Shown here: positions 14,015 to 27,200 of the stretch, piece after piece
Layout of the letters: each line of letters starts with the position of its first letter
Position numbering within the stretch: position 1 is the first letter of the stretch
DNA from: Eledone cirrhosa
Lineage: Eukaryota
DNA length: 64,000 bases
Direction of reading: 5' to 3'
NCBI GenBank assembly: GCA_964016885.1
Contig: OZ024740.1
Coordinates: 118,482,001 to 118,546,000 of the forward strand
The notes under the pieces: model-generated
The model's input: only the letters and a program-made list of their open reading frames with translations
Told to the model about the DNA's origin: nothing
Databases searched by the model: none
Program-made: the position numbers and the translations under genes

Positions 14015-14990
14015 GTGTCCCGTGCTATAATCTGGTGGGCTCTTAGAAGATTAGGAGTAGATGAATGGCTTGTGAAAGCCGTACAAGCCATGTATAGGGG
14101 AACAGTCAGCAAAGTTATACTTAGCAACGAATATAGTGAGGAATTTAGCATACAGGTCGGCGTCCACCGTGGCTCTCTTCTTAGCCCTCTCATGTTCATT
14201 ATAGTTTTGCAGGCAATAACGGAGTAGTTTAAGACTGGATTCCCATGGGAACTTCTATATGCGGATGATCTCGCACTTATATCTGAATCTATGGTGGAAC
14301 TAGAGAAGAAAATCCAAACATGGAAGCAGGGACTAGAAAGAAAGGGTATCAAATTCAACCTGACAAAGACTAAGGTTCTTGTAAGTAGACGAGAAAACAG
14401 AACCCAGATCCCCTCAGGGAAATGGCCTTGCTCAGTATGTGTAAGGTGTAGGTAGGAACTCCATCCTCTTCCCCAAATGCAAACAATGGGTACACAAGAG
14501 ATGTAGTGGGATCTCAGGAAGCTTAACTAAGAATGTAGGCTTCATATGTAGCAGTTGCGCCGGTACAACACCAAACTCTGGAAGGGCCCTTTAGAAACAG
14601 TAGACAGCTTCTGCTACCTAGGTGACCGAATTAGCAGCGGAGGTGGGTGTTCGGAAAGTACAATAACTAGGGTAAGAACGGGATGGAAAAAGTTCAGGGA
14701 ACTACTGCCACTGTTAGCTGCAAAAGGCTTTTCCCTCAAAATGAAAGGCAGACTGTATGATGCGTGTATACGAACAGCAATATTACATGGTAGTGAGACC
14801 TGGGCGCTGTCTGAAGAAGACTTGAGCAGATTAGAAAGAAACGAAGCTTGCATGCTCCGATGGATGTGTAATAGTAATATATGCGAACGGCACAGCATAA
14901 ATGAATTGAGAGAGAAACTGAGCATGAGAGAAATCAAATACTGTGTGCAGGAGAGGAGGTTACGTTGGTATGGACATGTGGTGCGAATTT
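14015..14990 (+). mobile_element. RTE-clade LINE RT fragment
   Basis: IWWALRRLGVDEWLV, GVHRGSLLSPL, LYADD, FCYLGDRI, LHGSETW and RRLRWYGHV motifs. Confidence 0.9.
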
Positions 14991-15364
14991 TGGCGATGTC
15001 TGCAAGAATTAAATAATTCTGTCCTGAGATGAATAGAGTTTTGACAGTTAATTATATAAAAAGTTTCTTCAATACACAATTTACAGAATTTTGATAAAGC
15101 CATATTTCGGTACGCAGTTGCTTAAGAAATCGTTTTCCAAGATATTGAATAGTCTATATTCTTGCTTTTTAAGTTCCATATAAAACTTTCCATAGCGTTT
15201 AAAATAACGGTTTTTTAATCATATAACTTAACCTTATTTATTTATTCATTTGAATACTCATCCATAAGTTTGAAAAATGCGTTCTTTAATCTCACTACCC
15301 AATGAAAATTAAACTGATAAGGTATGTTTCCTTGGCTATGTCAAAATTTATAAAACACTCATTG

Positions 15365-15426
15365 TATTTTATCTGATGAAAGCGTACCAAAGTTTTTAGT
15401 ACCGTTGAAATATATATAATAGAATA
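15365..15426 (+). ncRNA. Type I hammerhead (AT-rich family E)
   Basis: TATTTTAT-CTGATGA-aagcGTAC..GTACcgtt-GAAA-TATATA-TA-ATAGAATA. Confidence 0.7.
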
Positions 15427-15560
15427 AATATGGTTTTATAAATATAGTTTCCATCTATTTAATATCATTGAATATTTTTCTCCAGAAATCTAGAGTGCTC
15501 GGAATCAGTTATAAACATTTATAATTGTTGAATTTCTAACAAATTAAATATCCTTCTTCT

Positions 15561-15599
<39 letters not shown>

Positions 15600-15651
15600 T
15601 TCTTTTTTATATATATATATATTCAGAAACGAAATATATATGTATATAGTA

Positions 15652-15968
15652 TAAAAAAACGAAAAATCAGTGATGCATCTGGACACTGTTTATCGCGCGT
15701 TACAATTGTTTCGCCGGCAGGTAGCCCGAGTATGATCACTGTATGGATCTGGCTGATTCTACGGCTGCAGGTTCCTTCGGACACATGCAATTCTTTCGGA
15801 GCAAATTTGCTGTGAAAGAATTGTGAAAGAATTTGTTCCGAAAGAATTGCGTGTGTCCGTAGAATCAGCCAGATCCATAGAGTGATCATGTCGAGAGATA
15901 CCTGCCGGCGAAACAATTGTCACACGCAATAAACTGAGTCCAGATGCATCTCTGATTTTTCGATTTTT
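15652..15968. repeat. Long imperfect palindrome (MITE-like fold-back)
   Basis: aaaaatcagtgatgcatctggac..ttctacgg..aattctttcggagcaaatt is mirrored by aatttgttccgaaagaatt..ccagatgcatctctgattttt. Confidence 0.85.
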
Positions 15969-16048
15969 TACACTCTGCTTGGTAAGGATATTGAGTGCTA
16001 ATTTTGGCATACCGCCCGTGGAAGCACCATAGTTACCATTAAACATAC

Positions 16049-16133
<85 letters not shown>

Positions 16134-16134
16134 T

Positions 16135-16350
16135 ATTTAGCCTGATGGTGGGGTTAAGAACCCTCGGAGAAATGGAAAAAGATGAGTATTGTCGTACCTA
16201 GGAGTCGAACCAACATCTTTGGTTATCCAGACCACTGTGCTACCATTTACTAAACACATCACCCAAAGGTGTTGGTCCGACTCCCATGTACGTCAATACT
16301 CTTCCTTTTCCATTTCTCAGAGGGTTATTAACCCCACTCTGAGGCTAAAT
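16135..16350. repeat. Hairpin element (about 88-bp arms) containing a tRNA-derived sequence on minus
   Basis: Arms atttagcct..tctttgg and ccaaagg..aggctaaat. Minus 16194-16258 has tagtaaatggta (A box-like) and ggttcgactcc (B box). Confidence 0.75.
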
Positions 16351-16470
16351 CATTTCTTTAGTCAAAATACGGCGATAGATTACATTTATAATAATTTTAA
16401 ACCCGCTCGCTGCTTCGAAAAATATTCTTATATATATATATCTTTTATATATATAAATAAATATATATAT

Positions 16471-16521
<51 letters not shown>

Positions 16522-16523
<2 letters not shown>

Positions 16524-17460
16524 GATATTAAATAAATGGAAACTATATTTATAAAACCATATTTATTTCATTATATATATTTCAGGGATATCATATTAAC
16601 AATATGTTATGCCTTCTTCAGACAAAATACAATATAGACAGTTTTATAGATAAATAGATTTGACATACCGTTCAACATCGACTTGTATTTGAAAAAGTTG
16701 ATTTGGCAGTGAAAAAATTGTAAACAGAAAGAAAGAAAGAAAGAAAGAAGGAAAGAAAGAAAGAAAGCGACGAAAAAGAAGGAATGCATGCAACAAAATA
16801 GAGAGATGGAGAAATAGATAAAGAGAAGAACTTCATGTAAAGAAACAGAGAGAGATATATAGAGAGAGGAAATAGATAGAGATATATATATATAGAGAAA
16901 AGTAGGTAGTTGAACATCCGTTGAATGACGTATCAATGATACATTTATTTATTTATTTATTTAGCTCTAGTATTAATGTAAGGGATATATATGTGGTTAG
17001 GAAAGAAACCAGCCGTTATATATAGAGAAAAAATGAAAAGTAACTAGACATAGGCGAATTTAAAAATCCTATGTTTCAATGTAGAAATATTAGTTCATAT
17101 AAAAACCAGGCACTATAATGTAAATATCAGTATTCATGAATGAGACACGTATCTAAATGTGTGAAAAGTAATGATCTTATGTCTAGTTTTAAAAATTCAT
17201 ATGTTTATATGATAACTACAAACATCGATGTGAATTTACGTGATCAACTCCGCAAACTCCTATTACACACGGAGAACATTCTCATTGTGCTATAAAAATT
17301 TAAGTATACATATATGTGTATATATACACATATATATAGAGTCTATATTAATTTTAATTTTAACAATACTATTCTTGTCTTTATTCTACATGATTATCTA
17401 TCAAGCAGAAATAGAGAACAGATTTCAATATATTAATAAAAAATATCAGAAACAAAAACA

Positions 17461-17515
<55 letters not shown>

Positions 17516-18085
17516 AAATAAATAAAATAGAAAACTAAAAAATATTACATATTAAAAATAAAAATATAAAAAAATATTAAATAATATTAAAATAATAAAA
17601 ATAAAAATAAGAACATAGTATGCCACGCAAATCGACCACAAAGATCAACCCTTCAAAATTAATTGACAATATATTGCCAAGTTCATTATAAGCATCAGAG
17701 TCGAAAACAGATAAAGCTAAAAATTATTTACCAAATCGCGTCTAGCAGAAATCATTTCAAAAGTTTAGGATGCCCATTTGGTCTACATATGTTCTTATAT
17801 TTAATATAGAAGTTTATCTAGTGTAACGTTTATTCGATATATTTGGAGCATCAACTTTTAGGGTAGTTTAATTTTTCATGAAGAATGTTTAAAATAAAAA
17901 TAAAAATAAAAATAAAAATAAAAATAAAAATAAAAATGGTATGTCAAATCTATTTATCTATAAAACTGTCTATATTGTATTTTGTCTGAAGAAGGCATAA
18001 CATATTGTTAATATGATATCCCTGAAATATATATAATGAAATAAATATGGTTTTATAAATATAGTTTCCATTTATTTAATATCGT
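16522..18085 (+). mobile_element. Non-coding element bounded by about 148-bp inverted repeats that each contain an HHR
   Basis: 16522-16668 is the reverse complement of 17938-18085. The downstream flank is homologous to 15420-15560. Confidence 0.75.
17978..18043 (+). ncRNA. Type I hammerhead (family E); mirror copy at 16564-16629 on minus
   Basis: TATTTTGT-CTGAAGA-aggcataaCATATT gtt AATATGatatccct-GAAA-TATATA-TA-ATGAAATA. Confidence 0.8.
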
Positions 18086-18225
18086 AAATATACTACAAAT
18101 ACTTGTTGAGTGCTTTTATATCAGTTATAAATATTTACTAGTTGTAACACAACAATTTAGATATAACTTTCCATATATATATATATATATATCTTTTATA
18201 TATATAAATAAATATATATATATAT

Positions 18226-18280
<55 letters not shown>

Positions 18281-18387
18281 TTTATATATATATATATCTT
18301 TTATATATATATATATATCTTTTATATATAAAAAAAATATATATATATATATACATATATACATACATATATATATATACATATATG

Positions 18388-18419
<32 letters not shown>

Positions 18420-18440
18420 CATTTATATATAAATATATAC

Positions 18441-18471
<31 letters not shown>

Positions 18472-18472
18472 C

Positions 18473-18521
<49 letters not shown>

Positions 18522-18538
18522 TATATACATATATATAC

Positions 18539-18589
<51 letters not shown>

Positions 18590-18622
18590 CACACATATAT
18601 ATATACACACATTTATATATAC

Positions 18623-18665
<43 letters not shown>

Positions 18666-19107
18666 TAAACGTAATAGAAAATGCTGACAAGTTGTTCACA
18701 GGGAAAAATTGTTTAATTAGGAATAAGTGAGAATTAGTAATTGTATTGGTTAGTATTCAGTTTTGGTTTTAAGTTTTACCGGTTGCGCATTTCTAATGCT
18801 TTTCAAAAATAATTTTGAGATAGAGCGTCTGTGATGTTTGCTCTGATCTGATTAGTTTTGGGAATTCTACCTGTTTTTATGTTAAAAAAGTGGCTCCAGC
18901 GGTATTAAAATAAGTTTTGCGCCAATTCGTGTTGCAAAAATTCTTGTGGTCAAAATAATTTTGATTTGTCGGTAGAGGTCATCTGAATGCAAAAAATTGA
19001 TTTTGCGCCAAATGTAGGTTTGTGTCGGCTTTTGGCACGAAAACATCGAAAAACTTAAAGAATTTCACACCCTTATAAATGGGCTCCACACGAATATTAA
19101 CTTCACG

Positions 19108-20070
19108 ATGGAATACAGCCATCAACAAGTCCCCTTCCTCGACATCCTCATTAAGATCCATAACAAAAAAATAGAAACAGACATATACTACAAGCCCACA
19201 GACTCCAAGCAATATCTTCCTTTCAACTCTTGCCACCCTAGACACGTTAAAATTAATATTCCCTACAACTTAGCCAAGAGAATCTGTACTATAGTCTCCA
19301 ATAAAAACACCTGCTACTTACGGCTACAAGAACTAAAGGATACACTCATAGGCAGGGACTACCCTGCATCACTAATTGACAATGGAATCCAACGTGCCCT
19401 AAAACTCAGTCCCCAGGACCTTAGACACCCTAAAGTAAATCAACCGAAACTAAAAGCTCTTCCATACATGTCCACACACAACCCCCTCAACAATGAGGCC
19501 TTTGACACCATCCTCCAGAACATCCCTGTGTTGAAAAAGGACCATAGAATGAACCAAATCCTACGAACACACGATATCATAATGAGCAAAAGACAATCTA
19601 AGTCAATGAAAATCATCCTAACACATGCCAAAGTACTGCCAACCACAACAACGAAACCCACAGTAAAAAAATGCGTAAGACCCAACTGTGGCATTTGCAT
19701 CAACCTAATAGAGGGTTCGGAATTCTATTTCAAAGAAGGACAACGTTTTATAGTAAAACACAATTTCACATGTGCATCGGAAAATCTAATATATGTATTA
19801 ACTTGCTCAGGTTGTCGAGAACAATACATAGGCCAGACCAAAAACAGCCTCCGCCAACGCATGACTGTCCATAGAACCCAAATTAAAATACGGGAAGACA
19901 GGAAAATACCACTGAGTGAACACATTGATACCTGTGCCGCCCAAAATCATCCCAACTTCAGAATCTTTCCCCTCTACAAATTTAAAGATGATGCCACCCA
20001 CACCCAGCGCATCAGCAAGGAATCTTACTTTATTAACAGATACGGACCCCGTCTAAACACTTCTCTCTAA
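19108..20070 (+). CDS. PLE RT thumb plus GIY-YIG endonuclease (truncated copy)
   Basis: PFLDI, DIYYKPTDSKQYL..SCHP, C..PNCGIC and NLIYVLTCSGCREQYIGQT..LRQRMTVH motifs. Confidence 0.85.
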   Translation: MEYSHQQVPFLDILIKIHNKKIETDIYYKPTDSKQYLPFNSCHPRHVKINIPYNLAKRICTIVSNKNTCYLRLQELKDTLIGRDYPASLIDNGIQRALKLSPQDLRHPKVNQPKLKALPYMSTHNPLNNEAFDTILQNIPVLKKDHRMNQILRTHDIIMSKRQSKSMKIILTHAKVLPTTTTKPTVKKCVRPNCGICINLIEGSEFYFKEGQRFIVKHNFTCASENLIYVLTCSGCREQYIGQTKNSLRQRMTVHRTQIKIREDRKIPLSEHIDTCAAQNHPNFRIFPLYKFKDDATHTQRISKESYFINRYGPRLNTSL

Positions 20071-20282
20071 GATGAACCCACAACATACACACGTCAACAT
20101 ACATACCTACATCAGCACACATCCCTACCTACATATAAACACAATGACATACGTAAACACACATGTTATATGGTGCAACACAAATATACACAAATTTGCA
20201 TACCTTTTAAAGTCTATAGATATAAACGTGCCGACACACACACATACATAAACGCACACATGCATTGCACACTGATGGGCAC

Positions 20283-20645
20283 ATACATTTTTGTGCACAG
20301 GTATTCCAATACGGCAAAGCCTAATGAATTCCCCTTGCAGTACGTGCAATCTGGACACACTTCAGATACATATTTGTACACAGGTATACTATTTCTGGAC
20401 ACACTCCAGATACATGTGTACAATTTGTGCACAGGTATACAATTTCTGGACACACTCCAGATACATATTTGTGCCCAGGTATTCCAATACAGCAAGGCCT
20501 TACAATCTGGACACACTCCAGATACATATTTGTGCAAAGGTATACAATTTCTGGACACACTCCAGATACATATTTGTGCACAGGTATTCCAATACGGCAA
20601 GGCCTAAGGGATCCCCCTTTCAGTACGTACAATCTGGACACACAC
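20283..20645 (+). repeat. About 44-bp minisatellite in the PLE 3' UTR
   Basis: tctggacacactccagatacatatttgtgcacaggtat recurs six to seven times. Confidence 0.85.
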
Positions 20646-21005
20646 ACACACTCACACACTCCTTGGTATTATGCCAATACTATATATCATTTCACACCTT
20701 TTATTATTAAGGTTTTTGATGTTCTATTGAGAGAATCGATTTTACTGAAAATATCGAATAATGTACACCATTTTACCAGGAAAAAAATACTGGTCCACCC
20801 ACACACACACATTCTCACACACACACACACATATATACACACATACACACGCGTACATTTACATACAAAGAGACATATACACACACACACACACACTTCT
20901 CCGTATAAGACAAGAGCTGAAAAATATCTTTTAACATGTTAAAATATCCCCCACTCATTTACAGACACATTCCTACTGACCATCCCTCTACCACAAATTA
21001 CTCTG

Positions 21006-21051
<46 letters not shown>

Positions 21052-21603
21052 CACACTTGTCTTAATAGGCATTTGAACTGTCAACAGGCTGCGGTTCGCA
21101 CGCACATCCCTGCTGACGATTATCTCAACAACGAACACTTTACTACTACTACACACACACACAAACACATATTTGTTGTGAAAGAGTCATTTCTCAGTCA
21201 GCCGATACAAACCTACATTTGGCGCAAAATCAATTGTTTACATTCACATGACCTCTACCCACCAATCAAAATTGTTTTGACCACAAGAATTTTTACAACA
21301 CGAATTGGTGCAAAACTTATTTTAATACCGCTGGAGCCACTTTTTTAACATAAAAACAGGTAGAATTCCCAAAACTAATCAGATCAGAGCAAACATCACG
21401 GACGCTCTATCTCAAAATTATTTTTGAAAAGCATTAGAAATGCGCAACCGGTAAAACTTAAAACCAAAACTGAATACTAACCAATAAAATTACTAATTCT
21501 CACTTAGCCCTAATTAAACTATTTTTCACTGTGAACAATTTGTCAGCATTTTCTATTCCGTTTACCAATATATAATAACTTGTGTGTTACACCTCTATTC
21601 TTT

Positions 21604-21658
<55 letters not shown>

Positions 21659-22811
21659 GACGCTCTATCTCAAAATTATTTTTGAAAAGCATTTAGAAAT
21701 GCGCAACCGGTAAAACTTAAAACGAAAACTGAATACTAACAAATACAATTACTAATTCTCACTTATTCCTAATTAAACTATTTTTCACTGTGAACAATTT
21801 GTCAGCATTTTCTATTCCGTTTACCAATATATATATATATATAGTTTTGCGAGGTTTTTGATATAAAATCGTGTGTCGAAACAAATATTGTTATGTTTGG
21901 GGAGGGTCATATGTTGTAATAATATTGCCAGAATTAATAACAGTTTCGTTGGTTTTCGCTTCTGTATCTTTTATATCGGTTAATTTATTCGGTTCTCAAT
22001 GTTTACAATTGACTGACTAACGGTCAAAAATACAGATATAATATAGGCACAAACATATATACATAGTCTAACAAAGTTCTTTCGTTGCACATCTGCAACA
22101 TCGTCAGTGGTGCTATTATGTTTCCTCCTGTTGTATTGTATGTCTACGCCATATTTATTTAATCTGTTTATTTATTTATTTATTTTTGTCTTCTGACTGT
22201 GTTTTGGTTATTGTATTCTATCTTAGTTTACTAGTGTGTGTTTATATGTGTTTGTTGTTATTGTGCTTATTTATTTATTTATATTTCTCTTAGGTCAGTA
22301 TTGTTTGTTTGGGTGTTGTTGTTATTCCTTTCATTTTTTCTCTTTATGCATTAACAGTCAATATGAAAAGAACAACATCTACAAAAGTTAACGAACTTTA
22401 CAAACAGAAAAGCATTAACGTTAAGGGAGTTCGAAATATCACCACACCAAACGAGATAGATGAACTCATGAGCGCCGTTCGACGTGAAACGAAATACGCC
22501 CGAAACGAATGCAGTAGACATTTCAAAAAGAAATGAGAATGGATGAAGAAGAAAAAACTAGAAGAAAGAAAAATAGAAAATTCACAAAAATACCCTGCTA
22601 ACATCAACAATATCCGTATGACAGACGTAGCATCACCGGCATAATTTATCAATGACCACACAGTAAATATTTATAGGAACACTTTAATCAGTGAACAAGG
22701 ACAAGTTCTACAGCTCCCACCAAAATTTGCCATCTACAAAAAGATTAATCCTATCGATTGCAAAACGGAGCTGGAAAAGTGTTTCACAAAAATACGTTGG
22801 AATGCAAAAGT

Positions 22812-23375
22812 AAGCAACAACAACAATATGGACAATAACAACAATAATAACGATAGTAGTAATATAAACAATAACTCTGGGTATAGAAATAACAACTATA
22901 ATAGTAATAGTCATAACAATAACAATAGCAGGAGAGTGAGAAATAGTAATAATAATAATAATGGTAATAATATTAACGATAGACAGAACAACAACAACAA
23001 CCACAATAATAATAATAGAAACATTAACGACAGACACAACAACACCAACCACGATAGTAATAATGGAAATAATACGAGTAACAACAACAACAACCACAGT
23101 AGTGATAATGGAAATAATACGTGTAGCAACATTAATGATAGACACAACAACAACAAAAACAAGAAACATAATAAAAGTAACAACCATAATGGTAGAAATA
23201 ACAGCAACAACAACAATAACAATAGAGAAATCAACAACAATACATCTAACAATCATAACAACAATACATCTAGCAATTATAACAATAATAATAATGTTAA
23301 TGATAGGAACAACAACAACCACCATAATAACAATAATAGCAACACACACAACTATGACGATAGATATAATGACAA
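22812..23375 (+). repeat. (AAT/AAC)n degenerate microsatellite encoding an Asn-rich tract inside the family C ORF
   Basis: ORF 22828-23793 runs from poly-N in frame into PLE motifs (GLVSLKQR..GEIVCLPMDKSG). Confidence 0.85.
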
Positions 23376-25754
23376 CCCCTTAGAGAAACTATTCTTCAAT
23401 CCAGCTGACAAAACATATAAGATGGGTAATATTTATCATACGAGGTTACCCTTTAATAAAAGGGTTTGTATACCACAACAAATAGATGACGAGACAGGGG
23501 CACAGTTCACCATAGCTAGAAATAATATTAGACAAATAGTAGACCGGTATACTAAGAGACAAAGCAGACCAGAGGTCCAACAACTTGATAAGAAACCTGT
23601 AGAAGGCTTGGTTAGCCTCAAACAGCGCACAAGGGATGGTGAAATAGTATGTCTACCCATGGATAAGTCTGGTTGGATGTCAATAGACAGCATGCCGAAC
23701 TACATCAAGGCTATGCAACCCACATCTCCAACACGAGCGAAATTACACAGCAAATACATGAGGGGAGAGGGAAAATCCTCAACGCTCACATGATGATGTG
23801 GACCGACATCTTAAAGCCAAGCAGACGCACTGCTAACAACTTCCAGGCGTCTAACAATGGCATACCACCCTTGCATAGCCTCCGCAAATACCATAAGACA
23901 GTCGACGGCCCGACAACAGGACCACCAACAAGATCTGAATGCGGAGCCAATATCGCTAGCAAATACAGGATCTCCTACTTCCTCTCAATGGTTATACGCC
24001 CCATAATCAATATGTCCCCAGATGTATGTGACAGTACAGAGGACCTCCTCAGCAGAATCAGTGAGTGCAACAAAAACCAAAACCAAACCTATCCAACTGC
24101 ATAATAGGTAGTATGGACGTGGTATCACTATACCCTTCCATTAACATTGATTTTGCTGTGAAAAAATGTGTGGAGATGATCATTGAGAGTGAAGTGGAGT
24201 TCTGCGACGTCGACACAGACGGACTGGGCCTCCTACTTAGACTTACCTATGACACTGACTACCTAGACAGCCATGACATTAGCCGTTTTTGCCCCAGTAG
24301 ACCCATAAGAGGTAGACCCCCACCATAACCTCAATGGCAAAAAAGACTCCCATGGGAAGGTGGATTGGGTGGACCAAAGCCATATGGACCCCAAAAAACA
24401 ATGATCAGGTAAGAAAAATGGTCGCACATGCAATAGGAGCTAGTATTAAAACTACCCTAAAGGAACACATATTCAAATTCAACGAGAAAATCTACACCCA
24501 AAATGAGGGAGTAGCCATTGGCGTTAGCATAGCTGGTGACGTTGCCAAACTTTTTATGGTATGGTGGGAAAGGAGACTCAAATATCTCCTTGATGAGAGC
24601 TCCATAGACCTCATCATGTACTCTCGTTACGTCGACGATATCAATATAGTAATAAGGACATCCCCACAAAAGAGTACTAACAAGTATGATTTAGAATGTA
24701 GCACAATGGAAAGCATCTAGCAGATAGCTAATTCTATACACCAGAGTATAACTGTAACTATCGACTACCCTTCCAAACACCCTAACAATAGACTACCTGT
24801 ATTAGACACGGAACTCTGGATTGACACTATAGACGAGAGAGCCCAAATTCTCCACTCACACTACGCTAAACCCATGGCCTCCAAATACCTGATACTCAAA
24901 ACCTCAGCAATGTCCAGTAGTGCTAAGTTTAATATTCTGATCGCAGGCATGGTACGAGTGATGAAGAACGTGTCCCGCATGTGCGGCCCAACAGAAATGG
25001 AAAGACACATCCAACATTTCATCAACCGCATGCAGTTCTCTGGTTACAACCAAAGACAGAATCAGAGTATACGAAGGAGTCACGGAGAAGTATAAGATCC
25101 TCATAGAACTGGACACGAAAGGAATTTGCCCATTATACAGGAGCAAATCACGAAATAGCTTAGATAGGACTAAACATAAGATAGGGAAAGCCAACTCATG
25201 GTACGACAACCACAGATACCCCTGAAGGGAAATTAGCTTACCAGTGTAGAAAGGCCATGAGAAAGACCCACTTAAAAATTAAGTTGGTAGAAAAGCCAGG
25301 AACCACCATAAAATCCCTGATCAGCAAAACATACCCATTTAAAAAATCCCACTCTACTAATAGGAAATGTATTATATAAATAGTAAACCCCCGGATAAAC
25401 TGTAAAACTAGAAACGTAGTCTATAGCATAAGATGTACAGAGGGTACTTGCAGAAACATGACAACATCATACATAGGCGAGACAGTTCGTAGCATAGGTG
25501 AAAGAATAAACCAACACTGGGTGCAACTAAAAGGACGAAAAAACGGTTCAGTACTATACAAACACGCCTGACAACAACACGCCGGTAACATAAACAACAT
25601 AGAAATTAAAATAATATCTAAACATTGAAATGACCCACCAGATAGGCAACTCTGAGAGACCAGTGAAATAGAACTTAGAAGGCCAAAGCTAAACAGAAAA
25701 AATGAATGGAATAACAATAACACCCAAACAAACAAAACTGACCTAAGAGAAATA

Positions 25755-25785
<31 letters not shown>

Positions 25786-26010
25786 ATACATACACAAGCA
25801 CAATAACAACAAACACATATAAACACACACTAGTAAACTAAGATAGAATACAATTACCAAAACACAGTCACCCAAACACGAACACACATCAAACACTATA
25901 CACACACGCAAACGCATGCGCAGAGAAGAAGACAAAAATAAATAAATAAATAAATAAACAGATTAAATAAAGATGGCATAGACATACAATACAACAGGAG
26001 GAAACATAAT

Positions 26011-26085
26011 AGCACCACTGACGATGTTGCAGATGTGCAACGAAAGAACTTTGTTAGACTATGTATATATGTTTGTGCCTATATT
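26011..26085 (+). ncRNA. Hammerhead in family C pLTR (mirror about 22040-22115 on minus)
   Basis: CTGACGA-t-GTTGC agatgt GCAAC-GAAA-G..C-TA. Core and stem II are clear; stems I and III are weak. Confidence 0.55.
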
Positions 26086-26245
26086 ATATCTGTATTTTTG
26101 ACCGTTAGTCAGTCAATTGTAAACATTGAGAACCGAATAAATTAACCGATATAAAAGATACAGAAGCGAAAACCAACAAAACAGTGAGTGTGTTCTGTTA
26201 TTAATTCTGGCAATATTATTACAACAATATGACCCTCCCCAAGTA

Positions 26246-26289
<44 letters not shown>

Positions 26290-26660
26290 TGTAACTACAG
26301 TAAGTAAGGTACTCAATACATAGCAGAGTATAAAAGTTTTAATATAGAAGAGGTTCTACAGGACTAGAATTGTTTCATTCATGAGAAATCATCAGGAATC
26401 TGACTGTCCAAGTAAATATGGCGGTATTTATATCTTTTCTGGTGGTAGGAGAGGGTGGGGAGTGGGATGGGTGGAGGTCATTGGTTGAAAGAAAAGGGAA
26501 TTCATTAAAAGCTAATACTTTAAATCTATAATTTATATTTAGAGTGACAAAGGCTGAAAGAATTCTATAAACAAGTTCAAATTGGAGGGCCACTCCTTAT
26601 TTTTAAGTTTTTCTTAAGCTAACAATGCCTATATTTCAGGTGCCTATAAGATCGTTATAT
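26290..26660 (-). mobile_element. pLTR-like repeat (family D); copies at 34645-34805 (+), 52700-53185 (-) and 61530-61670
   Basis: Shared ggtaggagagggt..gaggtcattggttga.agaaaagggaattcattaaaagcta. The 34645 copy is the inverted end of a GIY-YIG fragment. Confidence 0.75.
26354..26400 (-). ncRNA. Type I hammerhead (family D)
   Basis: Minus: gaTTC-CTGATGA-tTTC tcat GAAt-GAAA-CAa..cTG-TA-GAA. Confidence 0.7.
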
Positions 26661-27200
26661 ATATTTGACACTTATATGGTCTCGTAAACCATTCATTTAT
26701 TTATTTTGAATCAGTGTTTTATGATTCACGAAGTTTTATTTGTATATTTATAGTATATATATCTTACATGATCCTAGTTGAATAATTTTTTAATATAATA
26801 CTTGATGTAAAACTTTATTTATAACACTATTAACAGTAATTATATTTATTATATTATATATAACTGACTAATATCGTCTTAAACTTTAAACAATGTACTC
26901 TTTGTATAAATTTAGACAAATGCGTATATCTAGTTTAATAATATCCTTTTTAAGTACACTTATATGGCGTTTGGATACTTAAGGGCATTCTAATTTTAAC
27001 TTTATAATTGTAATTATTTTCTAAATTATATAATGATTATTTTTTAATATAATTTTTTTTTTAATATAATTTAATTTGGATTACCTTCGGGATGAAGAAA
27101 ATCTTAAGTCTTTTCTTTATCATGTTTGCAAACACTTTAAATATGATATTATACTATAATATAAATCCTTATAAATTTCATAGTCAGAAATCTTATGCCT

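Larger units (their letters stand above)
18661..21830 (+). mobile_element. 5'-truncated copy of PLE family F with inverted 5' pLTR (18661-19030) and extra partial pLTR (21654-21830)
   Basis: The ORF is nearly identical to 31275-32315, and the termini match 33266-33547. Confidence 0.92.
21843..26252 (+). mobile_element. PLE family C (possibly Naiad-like), decayed, with inverted termini
   Basis: About 21890-22325 mirrors 25710-26250. Motifs IIGSMDVVSLYPSI, GVAIG, RYVDD, DYPS..RLPVLD, YAKPMAS and NVVYSI.C..YIGET.R. Confidence 0.9.

Noticed and set aside
22708-23383. Hydrophobic poly-I/V/L and poly-T ORFs as membrane or mucin proteins
   Set aside because: They are alternate frames of the AAT/AAC microsatellite.
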